NCBI GenBank assembly: GCA_004431415.1
Contig: QPMI01000244.1
Span: 1 to 64,000, forward strand
DNA: 64,000 nucleotides
From: Cyanophora paradoxa CCMP329
Lineage: Eukaryota; Plantae; Glaucophyta
Direction: 5' to 3'
Under the pieces are notes generated by a model. The model did not search any database and was not told where the DNA came from. It was given only the letters and a program-made list of their open reading frames with translations. Positions within the stretch are counted from its first letter, which is position 1. Each line of letters begins with the position of its first letter. Positions 10,968 to 30,121 of this stretch are shown here, one piece after another. The translations under genes and the position numbers were made by a program.

Positions 10968-13900
10968 ATGGCCCTCCCCCGGCTGGGAAGCCTCCGGTTC
11001 CTCGCCGCCGCGACAGCCGTTATGGTCGCGTGCCTCCTCGCGGGCGGCGCGGCGGCCGAGGAGCACTCCCACCCAGCCGGCCACTGGCCCCACGGCCGCG
11101 CGCTCCACGCCGACCCCGCCCCCGCCACCCCCGCCACCGCCACGACCAGCCCCGCGGCCACGCCCCTTCCCCCGATCCGTGCGCCCGCCGCGCCCCGCAC
11201 CCCGCGCCTTGCCTCCCTGCCCCGCGCCGTAATCGCGACGGGAGCGCGCAGGGCCAACGACGCGGTGCAAGGCGAAGCTGCCGGCGGCGCTGCAGCGGAC
11301 CGCGGCCGGCAACAGCACGGCGAGGCCGCAGAACATGAGCCCGAGCAGGCGCGCCCCGGCCCGAGGCCGGCTCCCGCGGCGCGCTGACCTGCAGCAGGTG
11401 TTGGCGCTGATCGCGGCGGGCAGCCCGACGTTCGTCGACCCGCGCTTCTCCACCCACCACTGCATCGGCGCGCCCCCGCCGGCGCCCCCCGCCGGCCCCG
11501 CCCCGCGCGCGGGGGCTCCGGCGCTGACGCCCCGCGGCCTCGCGTGCAGACGGGCGGCACGAGGCCGGGGGCGTGCACACCCCCGGGGGCGACATCTCCG
11601 AGTTCCTCCTCGCCCTCGCGGGGTACCAGGAGGCCGCCCTCGCCGGCGCTGCCCTCCCCGAGGCCCACGTCCGCGTACCCCGCCCCCCCCCCCCCACACA
11701 CACACACACCTCACAGGGGTACAGGTGTACGAGGCGATGGTGGCGTTCATCGACGCGTACGCCGTTCCCGGCGAGGCGCGCAGCGTGCCCCCTGCGCCCC
11801 TTGAGCCTCTCGCCCTGAGGCCCCCGCAGCGCCCCTTCTACATGCACACGGACCACCGCGCCGACGCCGTCCGCTCTCTTTGAATCCCGCCGCCGCCGCG
11901 GCCGCCCCGCCCGGCAGCGCTCTGACCCGCGGGCGGCGGGGCGCAGCACATGCGGGCGGCGGCCGGCGTGGACGCGGCGTACAGCTTCCGGGGGGCGCCC
12001 GCCGAGGACCGGGACCGCCTCCTCGCCCTCGCCACCGACCCCGAGGCCGTCGGTGACCGCCACGCGCCCCCGCCCCGCCCCCGCTCGAGACCTGACCCCG
12101 GGGCGCCGGGCAGGCTGCGGGCACCTCAAGCGGACGCTGCAGCACCCCGACGTGTACCGCACGCCGGCGGCGCTGACGGCGAACGTGCTGCGGGCCTTCT
12201 GGCGGGCGCTGTGGCGGGACGCCGACGCCGGCACCGGCGCCGTCCTCCTCCACACCCTCCACGACGACGCCGACGAAGGGTCCGCGCGCTCCGCTCGGGG
12301 GGGCGCGCGCTCTGCTCGGGCCAGGCCTGAGCGCCGGGCGCAGGGCGATGGTGGTGGTGACGGGCGCCGCGTGCGGCGACTCGGTGATGACGTTCAACCC
12401 CAAGGTGGCCGGCATGGGCCAGGCGCGCCCTCGTCCCTCCCCCGCCCTCGCCCGCTTCTGTGAGCGCTCTGAGGGGGCGGGGGCGGGGCGCAGGTGCTGG
12501 TGTACCAGCCGGAGGCGCCGGCGCACCTGCGGCAGACGCTGGCGCGCTTCCTCTGCGACCGCCGCCCCGCCCTCGCCGCCGACGCCGCCTGCTCGTTCGC
12601 TCTGCCCCGCCGCCGGGCCTCGTGCGGGGGCGATGGCGGGGGCGGGGGGGCAGGGCGGGGGCGGTGCGGGCGGCGATGGAGAGGATCTTCGCCGCAGGGC
12701 TCGCCAGCACCGTCGCGTGCGCCCCCCCTCCCCCCCCCCCCCCCCCCCCCCTCCCCCCTCCCCACCTCAGCCGAGCCGGCTGCCTTGTGCCGGGGGCAGG
12801 GCGGCGGCGGCGGACCGGCCGCAGGACAGCGTCGTCGCTGCCGCCGAGGCGCCCTTCGCCGGCGTGCGGACCGCTGAGCCGGCCCCTCCGGAGAGCGCCG
12901 CGGCGGCCGCGGAGGCGGCGTACGCTGCGGCGGGGGGCAACACGGGATGCGCCGGCACCCTCGTCACCGCCGACGCGCGCCCCGCCCCGCCCCCCCTAGG
13001 CCTTCGCCGACGTTGACGAGCGCTGACGGCCGGCCTCGCGGGCAGACGCTGGCGGGGTCGAGGGCGAGCTCGGAGACGTGGCGCATCCTCTCGCAGCCGC
13101 AGGCCGCCGCCCTCACCGCCGCCGGCCCCGCCTTCGTCCCCGTCGACGGCCACACCTGGTCCTGCATCGGTGGCCCCGCCACGCCGCGCCCCCCCCCCTC
13201 GCCACCGCCCCTGCTGACGGCGGGGGCAGACGGGCGGTCGCAGAAGGCGGTGCTGGGGACGCCGGGCGGCTCCTTCTCCGAGTTCCTCCTCGCCCTCGCC
13301 GGCCACCTCCGCGCCGGCGTCCGCCCCCGCGCCCCGCCCGCCCTGCCGCCCTCTCTCCCGCCCCGCCCCGCAGCTGACCCGCCTGCCGGGCGGCATCGCA
13401 GCTCGTGCTGCCCGACGAGGACACGATGCAGGCGCTGCTCGACGCCTACGCCGCCCAGTACGCCACCCCCTTCTACCGCCAGGTCCCGCGCCCTTTCCAC
13501 TTCTTGTAGTCCACGCCCCCCCTCGAAGCTGAGGCTCCGAGCAGGTGTACATGCACTCGGACGCGGCGGCGGTGAAGGCGCTGGCGGCCAAGCTCGGGGT
13601 GTCCTCGCTGGACCTGGCGGCCCCGCCGGCGGCGCTGCGGGCCCGCGTGCTCGCCCACGTGGCGGACCCCGCCTACATCGGCTGCGAGCATCTCCGCCTC
13701 ACCCTCCAGGCCCGCCCGCCCCCTTCGCGGGCCGAGACCTGCAGCCGCCTCCGCCTGAGGGGCGGCGCAGAAGCCCGAGGTGTACGGGATCGATGCCAAG
13801 ACGGCCCAGTGGGCGGTCCGGGCCTTCTTCCGCGCCCTCTGGGCCGACACCGCCCGCGGCGCCGGCCGCTTCGCCTTCGAGGCCCGCCCCGCCCCGCCCT

Positions 13901-15967
13901 CGCCCCGCCCCGCGAGCTCGAGTTGGCGGCGGGTGAGGGGGCGGGGGCGGGGGCGGGCAGGTGCTGGAGGGGGCCCACGTGGAGGGCGCCGTGCTCATGG
14001 TCTCCTCTGGCGGCTGCCCGGGCCGCGTCCGCCCCCGCGCCCCGCCCCCGCCCCGCCCCTCCTCCTCTCTTCGAGCGCCCCCCGCGCAGACGGCAGCCAT
14101 TGCGCCGATGCGCCCGCCGCTGGTCTGGGCAGCGCCCCCGCCCTCGGCTCCGGCTCCGTGCGCGCCCCGCCGCCCCCGCCCCGCCCCCGCCCCCGCCCGC
14201 GGGCGGGCCGGGCGAGCTCGAGCTGGGGCGGGGCGGGCAGGCGCTGGTGTACCACTACCATGACATCACGGGCCTCCGCGACTGGAACGCCGAGGCGCGC
14301 CCTGCCGCCCCCGCCCCGCCCCCTGCGCCCCCACGCCCCCGTGCCGAGGCGGCGCGCGGGGCAGTTCTTCACGGAGTGGTTCAACCCGCGGCTGGCCAGC
14401 CCGACGGCGGGGGCCACGCGGGCCGCCCTCCGCTCCCTCATGGACACCATCTTCGCCCCGCAGGCCCGCCCCGCCCCGCCCCGCCCGCCGCGGCGCGCCC
14501 CGCCCCGCCCCGGCGACCCGATATTAATCACCCGTTCCACAGCTGGGATCGACGGCGCCGGCGATGTCCTCGGGCCTGCCCCAGTAGTGCGCCCGCGCGG
14601 GGCCGCGCGGCGGGGCCCGGGCGCGGGCGCGGGCGCGGGGCGCTGAGGGCGGGGCCGTGCAGCTGGGCGATGGTCTCCGCCTCGTCGGACGCCGCCCTCC
14701 TCTCCGCCCTCGCCGCCGACCGCGACGCCGCCTCCGGCCCGCCCGCCCGGCCCCGCCCTTGTCGCTGCCCGGCCCCGCTGAGGGGCCGGGGCGCAGGGGT
14801 GGCGGCGGGGAGCAAGGGCGGGGCGGAGCTGGTGCTGCCGGGCTACTCGTGCAGCAGCTTCACGAGGGCGAGCTTCGACGCCCTCAAGGAGGGCATCGCG
14901 GGGCGCGCCCCGACCCGCCGCCCAACGCCGCCGTCCGCCCCCGGCCCGCGCTGAAGCCCGGGCAGGACGCTGGGGATCGGCGCCTCGCGCGTGCTCCTCA
15001 GCCGCCTCCGCTGCGCCCTCTACACCAAGCCCTTCCCCGCCGCCTCCCGCCGGCCCGCCCCGCCCCGCCCCGCCCGCCTTGCCCGAGCCAAGGCGATGGC
15101 GACGGGGGGCGCAGGCTGCTGGCGGAGGCTGCGGCGGCGTCCTCGGGCTCGGGCTCGGGGGCGGGGGCGGGGGCGGGGGCGACAGGGACGCTGGTGCCGG
15201 CGGTGGGCGTGGAGCTGCTCGCCCCGGCCGCCGGCTCCGCGGAGAAGGGCCTCACCGAGGCCCTCGCCGCCATGAAGGCCGCCACCTCCCCCGCCGGCCT
15301 CCTCTCCCTCCCGTGCCCGCCCCGTCCCCCGCCCGCCCTCCGCCCCGCCCCCCCCCCCGCCCTCACGCACACGCCCCCGCAGCGGCGGCTTCGTGGCCGA
15401 CGTCGCGTACCCCTCCACCGCCTCCGGTGCGCTCGTCGGGGCACTTTGAAGCCAAAGGCTCGCCCCGCCCTCCCCCGGGGCCTCGAGCGGGGGCGGGGCG
15501 CATGCGCAGGCGGGGACGGCTCGATCAAGACGGAGGCGTGGCTCATCCCCTCGATCTTCGTCGGGCTCATCGCCGTCACCGTCGGCTCCCTCGGCTACGT
15601 CAAGCGCTCCCAGCAGCAAAGGCCTGCCCCCGCCCCCTCCACGCCCTGTCCCCTCCGAGGCTCGGCCCTGACGAGGGCGGCGGCGCGCAGGGAGAGGCGC
15701 AAGGAGAGGGCCGAGCAGGAGCAGAAGCTCGGGGGCGCCTTCCCCGCCATCCCCCTCGTCGTCCCCGGCGCCGGGGCTGCCCAGCCGCCGCCGCCGCCGC
15801 CGGCCCTGCGCCCCGCCACGCCGCGCGGGGCCGCGTACAAGGCCGTCGACGTCGACCTGGACGGGCCGGGGGGCGGCTTCGGCCAGCAGGCCGCCCGGGC
15901 GGGCGCGGCGCGGGGCCCCGGCACGCCCCGGGGAGTCCAGTTCCGCGAGCCCCACGACTTCGTCTGA
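10968..15967 (+). CDS. Type-I membrane protein with signal peptide and two tandem carbonic-anhydrase-like (Cys-His-Cys; zeta/CDCA-like) domains
   Basis: Signal peptide MALPRLGSLRFLAAATAVMVACLLAGGAAA. Domain 1: HCI/DGRHEAGGVHTPGGDISEFLLAL..FYMHTDH..VG/CGHL. Domain 2: SCI/DGRSQKAVLGTPGGSFSEFLLAL..VYMHSD..IGCEHL. TM helix WLIPSIFVGLIAVTVGSLGYV followed by a basic stretch; stop at 15965-15967. Confidence 0.75.
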
Positions 15968-16959
15968 GCCGCCCGTCGGCGTCGCCCCCGCCGCGTCGCA
16001 GGCGCGTCGCCGCCTTTATACGTATACATGCATTTGTGCGCTCAGCGGCTCGTTCCTGTGTACGTCCGTAGTACATTTAATATTTGTGTTTTTTTGTCGT
16101 CTCTTCTCGGCCTAGGCCTACCTCTTCCATTTTTGTCGTCTTTGGCTACCTCTTCCAGATCTTGCCGCAGCTATAGAGCTTTAATTTTGCTCGAGCTATA
16201 TATAGAGCCGCTGAGCTTTTGTTCTTGATAGAGGTTTTTGCTTGTTGCTTGTGCTGCACCTTTCGCTTGAGCTTGTTGCTTCTGCTGCCCCCGTCTAGAT
16301 AATGTGGCCTCTTTTAATTTGACCATATGCATGCTGCCAGACTGCTCCTGCAACTGGACCTGGGTCCAGTTGCATCAACCGTTGAACTTGCATGGCCGCG
16401 GCGAAATTGCGCAGCTGCCGCCGCGTGCCAGCCTGGCAGGCTGCCGGCGCCAGCGCACCGCGGCAGTGGCCGCGCATGCGCAGTGCGCAGTGCACGCGTG
16501 GGCGGCGACGCTGGGCGGCGATGCCCGATGCCCGCGGGCCGCGGTACGGTAATTTTCTCCCGATGCCCGGCCCGCGGGCCGCGGCCGGTGCGGCGGTGCC
16601 GCTAGCGCTGCCGCGGCGCCGGCGAAATTCGAATTCGAATACTAATTCGCTCGATTCCGAACCTGAATCCGAAGTTCGGAAATTCGCGATCGCGGAAGCG
16701 GAACTAGAAAAACAGTTCGAAAAACAAATAACGAATTCGATCCCTCATCGACGGGTACACCGTACACCGCCGACGCGTACGATTGAAGTTGCGGCAACTT
16801 GTGGGCCTTGCGGCTCGCGCCCGCGGCGAGCCTGTTGCAGGCTGCATCGATCCTGCGGCGGCACACACAGCTGCAGAACCTCGCGAGGAACCGTTACCCT
16901 TGAGGGCGCGAGGTGGTGAGCGCGAGGCAGCATCGCTGCAGCCGCGGCGACGCTGCGGC

Positions 16960-19863
16960 ATGGAGCCTTATGATGCGGAGCACCTTGAAGAGGCGCGCGG
17001 GGCCTGCGCGCTCTGAACGTCACGACCGTCCCTTTTGGCCGCTCACGCGCGCAGCCTCCTCACAGGTCTTCGAACGAGTGCTGGACCAGATCTGTGCGTA
17101 GCTAGCTAGCCGTAGCCCCGCCTCTGCCATGCTTGCAGCTGTAGCTCGAGCCAAGGCTCACGGGCACCCGCCGCGCGCGCGCCGGCCGCAGACGCGCCTG
17201 CGGAGTGGAAGGCGGTGGTGGAGTACGGCGACCTCGTCGTCGGGGCGAGGTGCGCGAGCGAGCATTCGGCGCGGTTGCGGGCGCGGGTCAGGGTCGGGCG
17301 CGGTGCGAGCGGGGCGCGGGGCGGGCGGGCAGGGAGGTGGAGCGGGGGCTGACGGTCTACCGCGGGGGCCTGGACCTGGAAGTGCCGCTCCACTTCGCCG
17401 CGCGGAGCGTCGTCGCCCAGTCCCGCCCCTGCGAGGTGCCCCCCGATCCGCGGGCCCCGGGCCGGCGGGCCGGCGCGGGGCCGGCCGGCCTCCGCGGCGC
17501 CCTGCGCGCAGCTGCTCAGAGCGGCGGCCGCAGGTGAACGCGTACACGAAGAGCCAGGAGGAGATCGCGCGCCTCAAGAACCCCGACCCCAGCGACCCCG
17601 GTCCGCGCCCGCCCCCGCCCCGCCCCCGCCCGTGGTACCCGCTGGCGGGGCGAGGGCGAACGGGGACGGGCGGCAGACGGGATGGGCGCCGTCATCGTTT
17701 TCACCACGCAGCAGCTCATCTACTGTGCGCCCGCCCGCCCTCCGAGACTCGCCCTCGCTCGCTCGCCGCGCGACCGGCCCCGCCGACCGCCGCCTCCCTC
17801 CCCCGCGCGGCGGCGCGCAGCGTGGCGTGTGAACACGATCATGTGTTTCGCGAACCGGCGGCTGCGCGACGGCTCCTGCCTTGCCATCAAAGTCGCCGTC
17901 GACCGCCGCGCCGACGGCGTCTGGTGCCCCCGCGCCCGCCCCCCCGCCAGACTTGCCGGCCTAGGCCTCCGCCCCGCGGCATGCTGAGCGGCGGCGGGGC
18001 CGGCCCGCAGGTCGACGCGGCGGTACCTGGAGAAGTCGTTCGCGCTCTCGTACTGGCACGTGCGGGCGACGCCGGCCGGCTGCCACCTCAGCTACAGCTG
18101 GCAGGAGAAGGTGCCCGGGGCGCTCGCGCTCGTCGGGCGCCTCCACGCCCCAGCCCCGGGCCCGGCCTGACCGCCCGCTCCCCCGCGCTGCCCGGCAGGC
18201 GACGCTGCCGATCGTCCGCTTCTTCGCGCCCTCCCTCGTTCGCCAGCTCTGCGCCCGCTCCGCCGCCCTCAACATCGTGCGCCCCGCCCCGCCCCGCCCT
18301 GGGCCGCGAGCCGGGCTCCCGCGCCCGGGCCCGACGCGCGTCCGCGCGCAGGTCGGCTTCCAGCGGGTCATCCTCTCGGACGTGGCGGCGGCCGGCGGGG
18401 GCGCGGGCGCGGCCCGGGGGGCCCCGGCTTCCGGCCGCGCTCGTTCGCCTCGGGGAGCGCGGCGGCGCCGGCGGGCCTCGGCTCCGGCCTGGGCGCCTCG
18501 CTCGAGCGCCCGGACGCCTCGCCCTTCGTGGTCCTCTCGTGCCGCCCGGCGGCCGCGGCCGGCGGGGACAGGACCAACCGGGCCCGCCCCAACGATCTCT
18601 TCTGGGGCCTCATGGGCGTCGAGGCGCGCCGCCGCCCCCCCGCCTCCCCGCCGCGCGCCGCCGCCTGACGCCGGGGCGCAGGGCGAGGAGGGGCACTGGG
18701 AGCACTCGCCGGCCGCCCGCCTCGCCCGCATCCCCGCTGCGCCCGCCCCGGGAGACTGGCCCCCTGCCGCCCCCCCCGGCGACCCCTCGCCGTCTCCGCC
18801 CAGGTCCCCGCCGCGCCCGCCCGCCCCTCTGCCGGCGGTTGAGGCCCGGGGGGGTAGGTGATCGAGGAGGACTGCCGCACGGCCCCGGACCCCGTCGGGG
18901 CCACCCAGGTCCGTCCGCGCTGTCGCCCCGCCCCTCCCCCCTCCCCGCCCCCCGCCACCTGACGCGCGTACCCCCCCCTAGTTCGGGGAGGCGGTGCGGG
19001 CCTCGATGGACCTCTCCGTGCACCTCGAGCGCCTCTACGTCTCCGGCGCCGCGGTACCCCCCTCCAGCCCCGCCCCCTCCTCGGCGGCCTCCACCTCCGC
19101 CTCGGCCCCGTCTCCCTCGGGCTCCTCCCTGTGGTCCCCAGCCGGCCTCGCCATCCCCAGCGGCCCCTCCACGCCCCTCTCCGACCCCGCCCCCGGCCCC
19201 GGCCCTGGCCCCAGCCCCGGCCCCGGCCCCGGCCCCGGCCCCGGCCCCGTGGCGGGGCCGGGGTCGCGGCCGCGGGGCGCGCTGCCTCGGGAGGCGCCGG
19301 GGGTCGGGGAGCCCAAGGCGCGGGCGCGGCGCTGCTCGGAGCTCGACGACCCGCCGCCCTCCTCGCAGCCGCCCCCGCGCGCCCGCCCGACCCGCCCGCC
19401 CCCCACGCCCCCGAGGCCAGGGCGGGGCCGGACGCCGGGGCCCGCCCCCGGCCGCAGGCCAAGGAGGACAGCCCCGACGAGGCGCCCCCGAGGAGCCGGC
19501 CGGCAGGGCCCCCGCCCCGCCCCCGCCGCCGCCCCGCCCCTTTCCCCTCAACTTCCCCGTCTTCGCCACCGGCGCCCCGGCCCCCGCCCATCGCCCCCGG
19601 AGCCCGCCCCCACGTGCGCCGCCCCTCCCCGCCCCCCACGTGCGCCGCCCCTCCCCGCCCCGCCCGCCTCGCGGGCGCAGGCTGACGGTGGGCGCCGCCC
19701 GCCCGATCAGATCTTCGAAGGCCCCGAGGTCTTCAAGGCGGACTGCTCGGTGCTGCCCGCCCCCGCCAGCCAGCAGCCCCCGCCCGCCCGCCGCGGCTCA
19801 GGCGCCGCCCCCGCCCCCGAGCGGGGCCCCTGGCACGGCCTGCTCGCCCCCGGGGGGACTTGA
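16960..19863 (+). CDS. Multi-exon protein, possibly START/SRPBCC-like N-terminal domain plus low-complexity C-terminus
   Basis: Consistent splicing gives MEPYDAEHLEE/VFERVLDQ..EWKAVVEYGDLVVGAR/EVERGLTVYRGGLDLEVP..YWHVRATPAGCHLSYSWQEK. The START resemblance is by pattern only. Confidence 0.5.
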
Positions 19864-20029
19864 CCATGGGCCGGCGCCCTCCTCACCTCCGCGAATGCTT
19901 CGAATGTGTGCGTTTGCGAGAATTCGCGGTCGCGCTTGGAACAGCCCCGGACCCGCCTCTAGGCCTGCCTCAGTTAGCGCAGTCGATAACTCGAGATCTG
20001 CATGTCTGCATCGCCAGCGGTACCAGTAC

Positions 20030-20708
20030 CAGTGATGGTATTATTAATTCTTGGCAAATCGCGACCGCTATTGATAATCTTTAGCGCAGTGGTATAAGGT
20101 CGTGCTACGACCTCCCGGATTCCCGGGTTCGGTTCCTGCTGTTTCCGCTACGTTGTACTTCGAATCCCTGTGATTCCCGATACCGTGACTTGTATCCTCG
20201 TTGTGTACTACGAGTGGGCACGCCCACCGTAGATCTTTAAAAAAATAATTGATAATCTTTAGCACCATTATTTTATATTATTATTATGGCACTGTATGTT
20301 ATCGATAACCACACCCACAAGCGCCATAGAAACCCCGCTCGGGCAGAGCAGAAACGTCGCCAAACTGTTCAGAACGCTCTCTTATCCACTATCCAAAGCA
20401 ATTAAACGCTGCTGACCAGCTCATAGAAGTCTACAGGCAGAAAGACGAGGGGTAGTCATCCGGCATCCGTCGCATCAGAGCCTGCTGGCTTTTCCCTGGT
20501 GTCTGACATCATTCTTAAACGTTCTGCTGTCATTCTTGATCGTTTCTGCGCGTTGTTGCGCGAGGAAAATGGGACTTTTGCACCGTACCCCCATTAATTA
20601 GCGGTACTATCGATAACCCCTGGAATTTGGCACCACTATCAATAATCAAAATACCTGGGTTAAAATAATGGTTGCTAAAATATGTTATCAATAACCCAGC
20701 CATCACTG
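20030..20708. mobile_element. Non-autonomous hAT-type DNA transposon (MITE), 679 bp
   Basis: TIRs CAGTGATGG (from 20030) and CCATCACTG (to 20708); perfect 8-bp TSD ACCAGTAC at 20022-20029 and 20709-20716; AT-rich interior with repeated (T/C)TATC(G/A)ATAA motifs. Confidence 0.85.
20086..20247 (+). mobile_element. tRNA-derived SINE-like insertion nested in the MITE
   Basis: Flanked by the 16-bp direct repeat ATTGATAATCTTTAGC (20070-20085, 20248-20263). A-box-like TAGCGCAGTGG, B-box-like GGGTTCGGTTCC, and a 3' TTTAAAAAAATA tail. Confidence 0.7.
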
Positions 20709-21206
20709 ACCAGTACTACCGAGGTAGTAACTCGGGCAGTCGACGTCGGGATGATGGGACCATCCGAACATTTTCCGATTCATTGGTGAAAGCGAACACA
20801 TGAATGGACTCGGCTCATGCTGCGAGGAGGCATCTGAGCTGCCGTCAGGCTGGCGTCAGCCTGCCGATTCGCGCTCGGTACGTATACCGGTACCGGCGCG
20901 GCGGCGCCGGGCCGCCGCCGGCCCCGACGGGCCGGCGACGGCCCGCCGCCGGGGCCGCCGGCCGAAACTTCAAGGGCAAAAAGATCTTGTGCATGGCATG
21001 CACCGTGGCACGTGAGGAATCACGTACTGACTCCTGAGGATCGCGATCGCAAATGGCGTCCCCCCGCCGGGATCCCGGCCGGTCCCTGGCCCATCCCATA
21101 TGCATCTTCGCGCACTAGTACTGCAGCAGAAACTAGCTGCGCATGCGGCCTGCAGCCTGCAGCAGAACTGCCTGCCCGCCTTCAACTTGCAATTGGCAAT
21201 TCGTCC

Positions 21207-28464
<7,258 letters not shown>

Positions 28465-30121
28465 GCCCCGCCCGGCCCCGCGCGGGCGCCGCGGCGCGTC
28501 GACGTCGTGTGCACTCAAGATCTGGTTGGCATTGATGACTTCTGATTCGTGAATCTTGGTTTCTTCGGTTCTCGATCATTTTCCTTTTAGTTCGTGAATA
28601 TTAGTTTCTTTAGTTCTCGACCACTTGCCCTCATGATCATGTGCGCGCACCCCCGCGCGAATGCATATTCACGTTTTGTTGTTCTAGATGGTTTTGCGGA
28701 CTGTGTCGGACCATATGCATTGCACTTTGTCTCATAATCAGATCTATAGTCCGAGTCACATTTCGATATATTCCAATCGTCATACGCATTGAAATGCAAC
28801 CAGGCGTACATGCAAGGCCATTCACATTATATTGTTGGCTGTGAAAGATCTAGCTATAGACCGGCGAGTGCGGATGAACTCGAAGGGCCATACTCTGGGG
28901 GCACTGCGGAATTGGACTTCCGGGAAGGGCCTACGGGGCAAATTAAATTGAAGATCCTATATATGTTTATAAATAGCTAAATATGCCGGCCGCGCGGGGA
29001 TCAGTCCGATTTGAGTCCACGCTTAGTCCTGGGATGGGGCGCCTACAGGCTCCCGAATCCACCGCCCGAACCGAATCCGCCGCCGGCCCCTCCCGGGCCG
29101 CCCCCTACGCCCCGGAACTCCGGCAGCTGCAGGTCCGCCTGCCGTGTCGGGACGGGGCGCACCCCGGCGGCCTCTCCTCGCGCCCCTTCGGGCACCGTCG
29201 GCTCCGCCGTGCCGCCGTCGAGACCCGCGCCCGCGCCGCCCGCGCCCGCGCCGCCCAGCCCGCGGCCGCCACCGATCCCCAGTTCACGCGCGGCGGATCC
29301 TGAGCGCGAAAACCATTTCGCGAGACGAAGAAATTTAAAGAATCGTGAATTATCGATTTCGCGCACCGATACCGCGGCTCAGGTCGAGCCCGGCGGGCTC
29401 GCCGCGCGCAATCTCCTGGATGGGCGGCGGGCCCCTGTCGCCTGCGAAATTAAAATGGTTAATGTTCGAGGATTCGGGGCGCGCGCGGCGGAAATGCACC
29501 GCCCTGTGCGCCCTCGTCGTGGGCGGGGATGTGGTCCAGCTCCGGTATGTCAACGTTGTGTTCTTCTTCGGGCCGCTGCGCCATTGCTTGCGTCTGATCT
29601 GTTGTTTGCGGTGCGCGACCGCCGACAGATCCAGCTAGGGAATTCGAAAGGGGGAAGATTACATAGACGATCTCGAGCTCTCATGCTATATATAGCGTCG
29701 ACGTCGACGCCTCGAGCTCGTCGACGTCGATCCTACTCGAGCGCGCGAGACCTAATCCGGATCTCAAATGAGTAATATTAATGTCATCGATATCGATATA
29801 TATCCTTGGTTCCCTCATGCAGCTAGCCCCGGCAAAATCAGGCCAATACTCAGGTTGTATTTACAGAACTTAGAGCACCCCTACAGTGCGCAAGGGGATC
29901 GGATCCGGAGCCTCAGCATCGCGCGCCGCCGGGCCTACGCGAGAAGGCGCAGATTCTGCTCCTGTTCAGCAATTGGCGATCGGGCCCGCTGGGCAGGGAC
30001 GGTTTAGCGGGGAGGGGCAGGTGCGAAATCGAAAGAGGGAAAGTCTTCATGGCAGGCGGTAGGAGGGGCGCGGCGGGCCCGCGGGGCGGGGCGGAGCCGG
30101 AGGGCCGCTCGCGCGGGCCGC

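Noticed and set aside
17129-20035. 968-aa ORF and many other long Pro/Arg/Gly/Ala-rich ORFs in the track
   Set aside because: Stop-poor GC-rich DNA read through introns and wrong frames; the recognisable proteins emerge only after splicing.
20081-20145. Functional tRNA gene
   Set aside because: It has A/B-box-like motifs but no acceptor stem or 7-nt anticodon loop, and it is flanked by a TSD and A-tail, so it is treated as a SINE head.
28850-29900. Possible transposon between the subtilase and Cys-rich genes
   Set aside because: No convincing TIR pair or TSD found by eye.
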